Shown here in pieces: positions 37,687 through 50,389 of a stretch of 64,000 bases of DNA. The position numbers were made by a program, and so were the translations under genes. The DNA is from Leucoraja erinacea (taxonomy: Eukaryota): NCBI RefSeq assembly GCF_028641065.1, contig NC_073387.1, positions 38,502,001 through 38,566,000 of the forward strand, read 5' to 3'. How positions within the stretch are numbered: position 1 is the stretch's first letter; each line of letters starts with the position of its first letter. The notes under the pieces are model-generated. The model was not told where the DNA came from. It saw only the letters and a program-made list of their open reading frames with translations, and did not search any database.

Positions 37687-40587
37687 GTTTGTGGTGGTGA
37701 CGTCTAACAGCCTTATCAAATGAATATCAATGGATCTCATTTTTCTTTGCCTGTTTTATGTTAGTGGATCTTTGTCATGCAGTTACATTAGTGTTACTTA
37801 GCCATTGTTTAACATCCAAGCAGTACAGATGTCAGCTATTAAAATTAGTTGAAAACACATTGTTTTGTTTTACAAAATACATTGGTGTACAGGGGTATAT
37901 GTAACACAGGTGATACACACAGTGATGGCTATTTACCCACACACCACCCAAATGGCATCAACCATATACAAAAAGCTGAAAGGGTGATTGAGCCATGCAG
38001 TTCTGTCAAGATAAGCTTATCTTTAGGTAACTTGTAATTAGTGTTAGTCCATTGTATTTGTATCACTCTTTAATATTGTTGCACATATTCAATACAAGGC
38101 TTTTTCTTCTTCAGTAGAAATATGTGTCTATCATTTTCATTTAATTTTGCTGGAGCAGAACAATTATAATGGTACATTTGAAGGCAACTATTTGAACATT
38201 TGTTATATTTGCTGCTTCGCTGCTGTCATGTATCTGTACATTAGGGATGGCTCGACTGTGATCATGTTTTGTCTTTCTGCTAACTGGTTAGCACATAAAA
38301 GCTTTTACTGTACCTCGGTCAGGGGCTTCAATATTGTCTGTAAGTCTCAGCTAAGCAAACACATAAAGTGGATAATTTTGTGAGTGTTCATTTTGAGTTA
38401 CATGGGGTAGATATTATAATTTAACAATAAATCCCATTGCATGGCTGTGTATATTAAGGATGGTAATAAAGATTTTGCATATACCTCAAAAAATATTCAG
38501 AGCATCCTTAGCTGTGAATGGATATATAACAAGCAATCAATGAATACATTTCAGTAATGAAGAGAGAAATAAGAAGCAGGACAAATTGACTATTAGGGTA
38601 CCAAGTGATGGGTTTATAACAGCCAGATGTCTAATGAGCTTGAGATAATACTTTATCGGGCCCAAGCGAGAGAATAAACCAAGGGAAGTGGCAAGGTCTG
38701 TGGCTTATATTCAAAGATGGTTCATGTAAAAATAAAATATGCTGTAAATATTCATACCGTACATTATCACAATGCCGCAAATTGATACATAGAACAGTTC
38801 TTAAATATAATTTCAGCACTCTGGCTGGCGATTTCAAGCAAGGATCATAAATGGTTTTCATATTTTAATATTCTTCAGTTTTTGCTGTTGAAGCAATATA
38901 AACAAATTACGACAACAAATTTATTAGTATTCCTGTTATTAAAATGAAAGAAAAATATTCCAACTGGAGAGTGTGACTGATATTTCAATCTATCCCATTT
39001 TTATTGTGTATCATAACAATCGAGATGACATTATTTTACCAACCCACTCAGAAAATGTTAATAACACTAGAACAGAAACTAGACAGTGACATTTTGTTAA
39101 AGAAACAACGTCTGGCATTGAAATTAGTCACAAAAACAGCAAGATTTTACCGAAAGATTATTTTAAGTGAATCCAGGGAGCATCTTCCACAAAGGAAAAT
39201 AAACTAATGAGAAAATACTCGATTTCTCCAATGAGAGGATGAAGTAAACCATAACATTTGACTGTTATTTCTATCAATTCAACAAATAGTACCCAAAGGA
39301 TCAATTCAAACACACATCATAACATTCAGCAGCTACTTTCCTTCCATTTTCAGCTTTGGGGAATCTGAAATATCAATAATAACAATATATCATTTGAAGT
39401 GACAAAATACAAAACCTTGAGTTAACTTAACTATACCACCATATATCCTACTCAACTCTAAAAACCAGCAGATTATTGCGTATGGAAAATGGCTTCATAC
39501 ATCAATTAAATGGAGGAAAATGGGTTCCTAGGTGATTTTTTATACATTCAACTGACAAGTTATATTCAGTTAGGTTGACAGCCAAAATGAAAGCTAGAAG
39601 TAGTGAGAAAAATAGAAACATATATCGTCAAAAGGTAACAGGATTCTATTCAGATTCTGTCTAACAAATCTCAAAATACCTTCAAATGTTGAATTATTTT
39701 GCGTTCATTTTTCTTATTGTTTCATTGCTGCAAACCAACTATTTCCTGTAAAAGTATTTTAAAACATTTTTGGGAAGTTCTTATTTAGTATATATTAGAA
39801 TTAATTTGTCTTTTCACTGGGGGGTTTAGTAAATAATACATTCCCATATCTTTTCAAAAAAAGTCCTATGTTTTTTCTGACAATACAAAAACAAAATTAA
39901 AAGAGGAAAACTTTTAATAATCAGTCCTACTTTCAACTAAATTTATTTTGACAATGTGGTTGTGCAGCCCAATAAACGTTAACTATAAAATGTCACAAGA
40001 TTATATGAAACTGAATTTGATTGTCTATTACCAGTGAGGGGGATACACAAATACAAGGCAAGTAGATAAAATGTACTGCAGAGGTTATAAGGAATGCTGC
40101 ATTGTTCCTGGGGCACTGCCAAGCACTTCAAAGAGGGCTCTTTCAGAACACGTGGTGAATGATGCCAGAGCTACATTCTGCCAACTTAGTCTTTTGCCGT
40201 TAGCTAGATAGCAACTGGCAATTCCAAGTGGTGGGGATAAAATAGCACTTAATATTGATTTTGTGTTAAATCAATGAATCTATGTACGTTTGCCGTTACA
40301 CACATATTAATTAAATATTATGAAATGCAAAACACTGTTGTTTAAAATGAGTTAAGGTAAAGATACAAGAACTAGTAAAACAGATTTTCAGCTTTTAGCC
40401 TCTTTTATGTTTCACTTGCCTAAGTATTTATAATCTTTTATTTGTCTATGATGCAGGTTAATTTTGCTGCTTTATTAATTTGCTCAGGCAAAACGTGAAA
40501 AAGGTTAGAAACAATAGGAAATGTACTAATGAGACAAACTTTTTCAGGTTTTGTGATAATTTGTCAACAATCCTGATCAAAGATATA

Positions 40588-41823
40588 TCATTCCGCTGCG
40601 GTGTCCCCACGAATACAACATTGCGGACTTCTAATGTTGTGTAGAACTGCCTGAAAAACATTGCTTTGTCTTCTCTTATTTTCTTCCTTTCCCAAAGATC
40701 CTTTCAGTGAATTAGGTTTATCATTTTGGTACACCTCAATATTTTGCTTGCCATGTTCCTCTATTTGCTTTTCCAAATGTTTCTGGATAGCTATTCCAAG
40801 GACTTCGGCATCCACGGATGCTCCATAGACTTCCCATGTCATACCTTTTTCATCCCACTGGACTTCGCGCACCGGCTCATCCTCTTCCATGGCCTCCACA
40901 CACACCTCAGGGAGAGTAGGTAACGGAGTCTTCTCCAAAGGAGTCATTGGGCCGGTGGCAACTGATTTGCATTGCACGGTTATATCCACTTGCATCTGAA
41001 CATCTTTTTTTGGTGGCGCAGTTACAGATGGTATATCTGGTGGACAAGCAGTTGGCTTTTCAACGGGTGGATCTCTTAAGATGACCTCAGGAATTGTAAA
41101 CACTGGACAGTTATCCAGAGGAGCCATGGGGCTAGTAGCAATTGACCTGCTCTGCACTTGGATTGATACCTGCACCTCAGCGTCTTGACTTGTTGATGTG
41201 GACATACATGTCTGTGAACAGCATGCAACTGTCCCCAAGTCCTCGTTCTCTCTCTCGCTTTGCCGACCATTTTCTGTGATATTCCTATCCGGCTGAACAC
41301 GCAAATTAACCTTCGTTTTCTTTACCTCTGCCGGATCAGCGAGGCACTGGACATTAATGTTGTGGGCTGTCTCTATTCTCGTCGTCTCCTGGCCCAATCC
41401 GGCAAAGGGCACATCGGCACTGGGGTCAGAGCTCTTCATATCTAACCTTATTGTTTCTTTTCTATTTTGGTCTATCTCTGTGTTAATCTGGGCAGCGTCA
41501 CTGCAGAAGTTGCCGCTAGATTCTTCCTGCCCGTGTTCCTTGCTTATATCCATCGCCTGCTCTGAGATTTCGCTGGGATTGTCTATTTCTGCGCTGGCAA
41601 GTTCACCCACACTAGCGCTGATCTCCAGCGGGCGGCTGGTGCTCATATCGTTCGAGCAAGTATTGGAACAAAGAATAGGGCTGTTGGACTGAGTCGCAGG
41701 ATCCCCCCCTTGGTTATTGCAGGGGGTAGCGACAACGGCAGCCGTCAGCGTGCCCTTACTCTCCATCTCAACCGGATCTGATACTGCAAACTGCAAACTG
41801 TTGAGATCTTTAATGGTCCCCAT
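40588..41823 (-). CDS. GPRIN1: G protein-regulated inducer of neurite outgrowth (GRIN_C domain), probably GPRIN1, 411 aa, single coding exon
   Basis: PVREVQWDEKGMTWEVYGAS...LGIAIQKHLE, SVATGPMTP and C-terminal P.CC are GPRIN family hallmarks. Paralog assignment rests on the position next to CDHR2 and the TAAE ending. Confidence 0.88.
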   Translation of the reverse strand: MGTIKDLNSLQFAVSDPVEMESKGTLTAAVVATPCNNQGGDPATQSNSPILCSNTCSNDMSTSRPLEISASVGELASAEIDNPSEISEQAMDISKEHGQEESSGNFCSDAAQINTEIDQNRKETIRLDMKSSDPSADVPFAGLGQETTRIETAHNINVQCLADPAEVKKTKVNLRVQPDRNITENGRQSERENEDLGTVACCSQTCMSTSTSQDAEVQVSIQVQSRSIATSPMAPLDNCPVFTIPEVILRDPPVEKPTACPPDIPSVTAPPKKDVQMQVDITVQCKSVATGPMTPLEKTPLPTLPEVCVEAMEEDEPVREVQWDEKGMTWEVYGASVDAEVLGIAIQKHLEKQIEEHGKQNIEVYQNDKPNSLKGSLGKEENKRRQSNVFQAVLHNIRSPQCCIRGDTAAE

Positions 41824-41970
41824 CTTGTTTCATAGTTAACGTGGCGCTTTCGCTGAACTGGCTGCGCTCTCTCTGTTCTTACAATGGGCTGTTTGTGTTT
41901 TGCTCAGATCCCCAGGAGATTTCCATCGGAAAACGGAAGCATTCAAGTCTGAAAGAGAGAGGAAAAAATC
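41824..41970 (-). other. GPRIN1: 5' UTR part of the GPRIN coding exon and its splice acceptor (exon starts at 41948)
   Basis: Minus strand reads ttttttcctctctctttcag|acttgaatg, a strong polypyrimidine tract plus AG, 125 nt upstream of the ATG. Confidence 0.7.
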
Positions 41971-42099
41971 GTGCACAAAATGAAAATGTGGATTTAAAAA
42001 GCGAGAAACGTTCTTTGAAAAACCGTCCGAAAGAGCGAATATTAAAATTTGTGTCTACAGGCGAAAATTAAAATTGAGCCAACTAATTGTTGAATCACT

Positions 42100-42900
42100 C
42101 CAGTGGCACATCGCGCTGTTTGAAGCGGGCTATTACAGTACACCGGGGGTGAGGAATGATTGCAATGTGGGGAGTTTCTAGGCAGCATTCCTCCCCTTCT
42201 CCAGGTCTGACCGCAGCTCCTGACCCTGAAACCAACTCCCCCTGAAATGGTCAACTCTCCAGGCATCGTCCTGCCGTTACCGAGCAGCGCCCGCTCATTC
42301 CCCCACCCGTCCGGTCCAACTGGTTGATTTTTCTACAGTCCGAACTGAATCATATCTCGATCGCACTCGTTTTATTTATTTTTGCCTTCCCATACGCCGG
42401 GCTCTCGGCAATCCTCCCTCTCCCCCCACCTTCTTTCTGGAAAGATTTCGCACCCCCACCCCACTTGTTTGATTAATGGCGAGGTTGGAGAGACCCGGGA
42501 TCGAACCAATGGACGAATTCACCCCCCTCACCTGGATCTGGCGTGTCGCAGACGAAGGAGGCCCCTCCTGGTCGATTCTCCCACCCCCCTGCGCTGGACA
42601 CAAGACAGTCCTCGTCTCTCCTGGGAATGCACTAGGGCCTCGGAGGCTGCTGACCGGTTGGAGAAATGCAAAGAGGGACTTTCCTCAAAGGATTTCCAGC
42701 CGGCTTCTGGTTTCTCCGGGCTTTCCGCTATCCCTACAGAAAGGCTGGAGCCGTATCGGAGGAGGAGGAGGCGCCCTTCAGTCTCCCTGGAAACGTCCTC
42801 CGTTTTTTTTGTGTCTCCCTATTGACACCTAGATCCTTTATCAGCATTGCACCGACATTCGGGGCTGCGTTCCAGTCCCAGAAAATGCGTTCAGAAGTTG
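42100..42900 (-). promoter_or_regulatory. CpG-rich island, candidate GPRIN1 promoter or non-coding exon; possible donor cg|gtaacg at 42281/42280
   Basis: GC- and CpG-rich, repeat-free DNA in an otherwise AT-rich, CpG-depleted window, directly upstream of the coding exon. Confidence 0.55.
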
Positions 42901-43380
42901 CACCTTTTGAGATTAAACCAAGAGCAGATGTGAATAAATGCTGATTGGGTTGCATTCAATACACTAGGCAAGAGCATGCGTGTTAACATATGTGTGCATG
43001 GGAGTATATCGCCGAGTGAGAACACTGACAACACCCTTCTGTCACCCCTCCTTACCAATATTTCACATTTTACTTTGTCTGAGGTGAATGACTTGGGGCT
43101 GGGCCGACTCTCCGATGTGTTCAAACCAACGCAATGTGGGGACAGGAACGCTTCAGAGGAAATGAACCGATTAACTAAATAGCACGCGGTCTCTCTTGTA
43201 AACCCTAACTATTTATTATACGTTCACATTGATTGAAAGTGAAATAAACATCTTACGGATGAAATGTTCAAGTTGTGTTGGGCGTGGTGTTTAGTCAGTG
43301 TAGAGTGGAGATGGGGGCGGAGTGTTGGAATCCGGTGATCAATTCAATGCCTGCAAAGGGTTGGACTCTTGATCGGAGCC

Positions 43381-43915
43381 ACATAGAAAGTAGGTGCAGG
43401 AGGAGGCCATTTGGCCCTTCGAGCCAGCACCACCATTCATTGTGATCATGGCTGATCATCCACAATCAGTAACCCGTGCCTGCCTTCTCCCCATATCCTT
43501 TGATTCCGCTAGCCCCCAGAGCTCTATCGGACTCTCTTTTAAATTAATCCAGTGAATTGGCCTCCACTGCCTTCTATGGCAGAGGATTCCACACATTCAC
43601 AACTCCCTGGGTGAAAAAGTTTTTCTCATCTCAGTTTTAAATGACCTGCCCTTTATTCTTAGACTGTGGCCCCTGGTGCTGGACTCCCCCAACATTGGGA
43701 ACATTTTTCCTGAAACTAGCTTGCCCAGTCCTTATATAATTTTACGTTTCTATAAGATACCCTCTCATCCTTTTAAATTCAAGTGAATACAAGCCCAGTC
43801 TTTCCAATCTTTCCTCATATGACAGTCCCGCCATCCCGGGGATTAACCTTGTGAACCTATGCTGCACTGCCTCAGTAGCAAGGATGTCCTTCTTCAAATG
43901 AGGAGACCAAAATTG
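43381..43915 (-). mobile_element. CR1 LINE 3' fragment
   Basis: QFWSPHLKKDILATEAVQHRFTRLIPGMAGLSYEERLERLGLYSLE. Confidence 0.9.
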
Positions 43916-44421
43916 CCACATGGTGTCAATTAGTAAAATGATACATTCCCTACTTCCGATGATGGAAATTCCATTGGTGCTGTGTAAGCGGGGCGCTGGG
44001 AAATCGTCGAAATTAATTGGATTTTGCTTATTATAGAAAATAATTCTACCATTCATTAGCAATCAGTACTTGCTATGTGCAACTCTAGTTCCTTGTGTTT
44101 TTTGACGCGCCAAATATTTATTTGGAGCTATGTGTCTACTTCAGTACTTCATTTTAATGGATTGCTCGTTCAATGGCGGCCCAGGAAATGTAATGCCCAC
44201 TGTTCGTACATTTTAGCGATTAATTTGAAAGTATCAGTAGGTAATATATTATCAACTCCGACACCGGTAAATTAAATAACGGCCGCATTCTTGATTTTAG
44301 TCATTAACTCAAATTGTAAACAGCAATTGTAGAGGAAATGTGAATTTGTGTCCAACAGACGCCCGTGAATAGCATGGCCCAGGGAATATCAGACCAAAGA
44401 AGCATTTGGAAGGAAGCCTTA

Positions 44422-46010
44422 TTCGATGCCTGTAACATTGAATGCAACACTTCTTAATTTAAAATCCTAATTTTCTGGAGTGATTTGTGGTGAATAGGCT
44501 CTTTCAAGGCGGGTCCCGCGAAAGACAAGGGATATTTTATTCATCTTATAAGTAACCTGGATATTAGGAAGTGTCACTTGGAAATAATTTCAGACATGGC
44601 ACAGCAAAGGAATAAACTTTTTAATGACCGACATTTAGATTATCGCTTTCGTATTCTTAACAACCCCATATCATTAATAGTTTGTAGTTTAGAGACTGGT
44701 GTCTGACTGAAATCATTAGCTCAGGAACACTAAGGGATGATTAACCAATTTCACTTCCTTTATGCCAGTAGGAAGAAGAATGTGGCCCAATTTCTTTGGA
44801 CAACTTCTATTTCCAGTTCCCCTTTTTTGGTAGAGAGAATATGATGATCATTTGTGAACTTTATGTAACAGTTTGTGTGGAAGTTATTGCAAATCAACTG
44901 ATCACATACCCTGGAAATCTGAAGAAAAAACATAAGGTGCCGTTTGTTGAAAGATGTGAAATGTTATCGCTGTTTCTCTTTCCACAGATGCTGCCAGACC
45001 TGTTGAATTCTTCAATGGCTGTAACATTGAATGCAACACATCTTAATTTAAAATTCTAATTTTCTGGACAGATTTGCGGTGAATATGCTCTGTGAAGGCG
45101 GGTCCCGCGAAAGACATGGGATATTTTATTCATGTTATAAGTTACCTGGATATTAGGAAGCGTCACTAGGAAATAATTTCAGACATGACACAGATCAGGT
45201 GTAAAAATGCCCGCTCACTCTCAGAGATTGGAAATTTACAGACATTGAATAATTACAGAACTGGAAGAATGAAGTTGAGAATCCAGAACGACAACGCTTC
45301 CTGTAAAGATCCACCAAGTAGCTAATTTCCAGGGGGGAACCCGGCAACTGGTTACACCCCCTGAAATTGATGAGTTACTGGGTTTCATGTCGTGTGTTAA
45401 ATTCCAGATTATACGTGGTCATGGAGTAATGTTGTCATCTTATAGAATAATTAGTTATTGACTGGCTCTATTTATATATTTTTCATTTTTGAACCTGGAA
45501 GCCGTGCGTGAACATTATTAAATTTAGTGTGGTTGAGTTTGATCTAATTATTCTAAATCAACTTAGAAAATAACTGAATTGAATCTATGAAATATATAGG
45601 AATGCCTTCAAGGTTCTGACTTCGCATCACATATGTAATGTAATGTGTAATGTGTAATGGTCATATGAAAATTCAGGCACCTTATGTTTTTTCTTCAGAT
45701 TTCTAGGGTCTGTGATCAGTTAATTTGCAATAACTTTCACACAAACTTACATAAAATTCACAAATGATCATCATACTTTCTCTACCAAAAAAGGGGAACT
45801 GGAAATAGTTGTCCAAAGAAATTGGGCCACATTCTTCTTCCTACTGACATAAAGGAAGTGAAATTGGTTAATCATCCCTTCGTGTTCCTGAGCTAATGAT
45901 TTCAGTCAGACACCAGTCTCTAAACTGCAAACTATTAATGTTATGGGGTTGTTAAGAATACGAAAGCGATAATCTAAACGTCAGTCATTAAAAAGGTTAT
46001 TCCTTTGCTG
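44422..46010. repeat. Local direct + inverted duplication (A-B-A'-invB')
   Basis: A 44422-44604 matches A' 45011-45193; B 44602-44941 matches the reverse complement of 45676-46010. Confidence 0.92.
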
Positions 46011-47876
46011 GCAATTAATTCTGCTTCTATCTATGGAAAATTAATAACATTAGGCTTTAGTGCACAGCGAGGTTCTCAGCAACTATCTGTCCACTTTTCA
46101 TAATTTTGCATTTCATTAATTGTTTATATGGTCTGACTTTTACAAAAACATACCAAAAAAAATGCCCGGATGCTTTTAGCACTATGATTTATTTTTCTTA
46201 TTTGCATAGGAATCACTGAATGTTAACGGGATTAGTTAACCAGTGCATCATTACAAGTAGACCGTTTCAACTATTACTGCAGTTGTGAAAAAATAATTAT
46301 GCAAGCTGCATTTCGTCAATGGACTTCAGAAAATGACACAAACATATTTTATCACTGTGCAAATGTGGACACAGTGTTAAGAGGAGGTTTGAATGCATTT
46401 ATGATTTCTAAACCCTGTTTACTTGTGCATCACTTAACCACAGAACACATGTATAAACCTACTGCTAATAACTATGGAACCCTGGTAAATCTCGCTCCTA
46501 GGCAGCAAACACTTTCTGCTCCGAGGGGAAACTGCAGTTCCAATTGAACACCAGATTTACAATATGAATGTGTGAACAAAAGGTGAGAAAAACAAATGTA
46601 GCAATTGCTGACAAAGGAAGGTCCACCTTCAAGAACATTGTTAAAAAGGCTGTTCTTGATTGGCTAAGATGTTCGAAGAGGCAATGTACAGCCTTGTAGT
46701 ATATTCATATCTATAATGCCAAATTTTACAAAGTTACCAATTATACTAAACTATTTTACTAAACTACTTCAACAAGATTTAAAACATTTGGAACCAATCC
46801 TATTTAAAATAGAATGGAACATATAATTTGATATTAATATAACTCAAGGGTGAAAAATATTTTTTTCATCATATCCATAAATCACACTGCCATAAAGGAT
46901 AGTTGTTTCATCATATCCATTACACTTTCATAAAATAACAAAGAATGGAAGAGATTGACATTTTTTTCACCTTCCATCAGTGAGGAATGTGGAGGAGTCA
47001 CTGTGGTGGATGTTTATATTAAAATGTACTTTATGTGTCTTGTGACTTTTAATTATATGATGATTGTATGGCAAATCAAATTCCTCGTATGTTGCAAAAC
47101 ATCCTTGACTAATAAAGTATGATTATGAATATGATTATGATTATAAATGTTGACGATTCATTACCTGATTACTGAATAGAATCATGAAGGCCTTAAGGTT
47201 TTTATTGTATTTAGTATTTTTAAAAAAAGTATATATTTCAGTAGACTAATATAACTGGATATGAAATCTGTTTGGTGTTTTTAAAAGATATTCCATTCAT
47301 AATGTCTAATTAAGAAAATGAAGTGGATATGAGATGGATTAAAGTTAACAAAGGGTCAGAAATAATTTCTTGGTATATTAATTTATCGGTTATCATAGTA
47401 GACAACCAACAACAAAAGGTTACTGTTGAAGCTTCACATAAGCATTCTTTAACATATTTTGTATCTCTGTTAATAGCAGATCTACTTTTCAGTAACAATG
47501 TGTATTTATATAGTGCCTTTAACAGTAAGAACGCCCTAAGGCTCCCAAAATTATATTAAGAAAGACTACACTTGTTTTGTATCAAAGTAGTATTGTTCAT
47601 TCGGTATCCATTTCTAGTGTCAAAGAAAATCTAAGCCTAAAAGTAGAATATTTTGGCTACTCAAAAAAAATAATACTCACGAGTTCAACTTGAAAAAAAG
47701 AAATTGTTCAGGGCAAAGTTCATCAATTAAGCAATGCATTACAAAAGGGAGAAAGAGGTTTCAGAGTATGAGAGCTGAAGGAAGACCAAAGTCCATTTTG
47801 ATTAAACAAAGGGCTGGCAAAAATAAAGTTAACCCTTACAGGCCTCTCAAAGTGATATATTGGAATGTGATGTTTA

Positions 47877-47990
47877 TGATGCTGGAAAATCGAAGATAGA
47901 CAAAAATGCTGGAGAAACTCAGCGCGTGAGGCAGCATCTATGGAGCAAAGGAAATAGGCAATGTTTTAGGTCGAGACCCTTCTTCAGACT
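47877..47990 (-). mobile_element. Penelope-like terminus fragment
   Basis: gatgctggaaaatcgaag...gtcgagacccttcttcagact. Confidence 0.7.
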
Positions 47991-49329
47991 ATTGGAATAT
48001 GATTGTGGTTTGTCGGGTCTATTTGTTTAAGTTGCAACTAAATATGGTGGTTTAATTTTGTTTCGCAGCGAATAGTCTGAGGAATTAACGGGTGTTTTTA
48101 CAAAGTGCTCAGGATATTTTAGGCCCTGGTGTGGGCAAAGATCGGTATGTCCTATTTATAGAGAATCCAGCAACAGTAGACCATTTAGCCTCGTGAGCCT
48201 TTTCAATTATTAAATTAGATCATGACTGATCTTTGCTAACTCCATGTGTTTGCCGCTGCCCTGGGGACGCCAATGGGAGATTGAAGGGACAACATCTGCC
48301 TTAAGACCTTTAATTGTCAATTAATGAATTAGGTCTGGTTGTATGAGAATGATTCTAAACTTTCGAAACAGAGTTGAACATTAACAATACCATTCGACCC
48401 TATTTAGAAATGTCTATAATCATGAAATCTTAAATCCCGCTATATCTGTCCCTTGAGCCTTTAAAACATAGGAAACTCCACGCAGTAGGCAATTTTTTTT
48501 TCCACGTAAATGGCACATTTGATTATTAGCAAGTATATTTATGAAGAAGTTTACGAGAAGCACTAAATAGCTAACAGTTGTTCTTCACTGCTGAGAATTG
48601 TCATGAAAATTACATTTTCCAAAGAGAGTGAAAAGCCGTGTCATTGTGTCACGTTTTCCATGGATAAATTAATCAGAGTTATGGAGTCGTACAACATGGA
48701 AGCAGGCCCTTTGGTCCTACTTGCCCATACCAATCAAAATGTCCCATTACACTATACAAACCTGCTTATGATTGACTCATATCCCTCTAAACCTTTCTGA
48801 TTCTTTCAAAATACTCTCAAACCCATTCTGTATAGTTTGTGGCATTTGAGCTTTATCCAAAGGATTACCCTAAATACTAGTGAACAAGACTTTCATAATG
48901 CAATGGAAAGTCTGTGTATTTTTCTGCATTTTATGTTTGTTATTATATACAGATTGAATTGTTTAGAATTGTATGTAGATGGGAGTGATGGATGTACATT
49001 TTCTCCATCCAGTTTGATTTTTTATGTACCAGAAATTAAAACATAGTGAATGTTCATTTCAAGTTAGACTTGTGGTGAAGGGGAAGCGAGGTTTATTAAA
49101 AAAATCCCTAAATCCATGGAGAACATATAAGCTGCATTTTCTCATGTGTGTGTAAATTGTTAAAATATAATTAAATTTGCCCATTTGCACAAGTTTTAAA
49201 AGAACCTTCTAAATGTATTTTCAATGGATTTGTGCTTTGTCTTTAAGGTCTGATAGAATTAAATTTTGTTGCTGACAGAATTAAATAGGTATTAAGCAAT
49301 AAAAAACTAGCATGCTGAAGGTATAGAGT

Positions 49330-49850
49330 CGCAGTCTTTGGCCCTACTTGCCCATGCTGATCTAAGCTGAATCCATTTACCTGCATTTTGCCCATTTCCC
49401 TTTCAACTTTTCCTATCCATGTACCTGTCCATATGTCTTTTAAATGTTGTTATAGTATCTGCCTCAACTATTGTAATTCATCTGGCAGCTCATTCTGTAT
49501 ACTCACTACCCTGTGTGTGAAAAAACTGTCTCCCACATTCCTATGAAATCTTTCCCCTCTCACCTTAAAAAGATGCCGTCGAGACTTAATCCCCTTACCT
49601 TGGGGAAAAGACAATGTGTATTTACACTATCTATTCCCTTCATGATTTTATACCCCTCTATAACGAGGTCCCTCAGCCTCCTGTGCTCCAAGGAAAAAAG
49701 TCCCAGCCTACAAAATCTCTCCCCACAGCTATTAGCTGAAAAGAGTGCAGAGAAGATTTAGAAGGATGTTTGTAAATCTTCTCTGCACTCTTCCCAGCTA
49801 ATAACATATTTCTGCAAATATTCTAAGTGTGGCCTCACCAATGCAGAAAC
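49330..49850 (-). mobile_element. Degenerate CR1 fragment
   Basis: Minus strand resembles LGLFSLE.RRL.DL.E.YKIMKG. Confidence 0.7.
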
Positions 49851-50389
49851 ACAGTTGGAAAAAATCACCAGTAAATTCATATAAACATTTGCTTAATGGT
49901 TTGATGCCACACAGAGTTCAAGAAATGTTGATAGACGCCCACATTGTTCTTACAAATGAGCTAAGCATAAAATCTAAGAAGAAAAGTTTCAAGAAACCTA
50001 TATTTCAAGCATAAATGTGATGGAATAATTATCATTTATACAGATACGAGAATTTTTTGTAATATATTGTTATATGCTGAGTTAATTTGATATGTATCTA
50101 TTCTTTCTTTGCAATAATTGTACATTAATAGGACATTTTACTGATAAATATAATATCCTCCAACTGGGCAGAGAACAAAGAGATTAAGATGAATGCAACA
50201 ATTGTTTGCCACACTACATTTTTTTTTTGTGTGTTATTAACCCCAAAGTTGAGACAGATGTAAGAATGTGGGAACATTTCTGTAATTATGGTGAATGTAT
50301 GATTGCAGAGAATTGAACTTTTATGTGATAGATATATGGAAATATCCATATCCCACACCTGGATTTTTTATTGGTGATTACATGGTGCA

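Noticed and set aside
38812-38832. ttcagcactctggctggcgat resembling a REST/RE1 site near a neuronal gene
   Set aside because: The right half-site lacks GGACAG; the match is too weak
42042-43182. Several overlapping 70-147 aa ORFs
   Set aside because: By-product of high GC in the CpG island; no recognisable domain or splice-consistent structure
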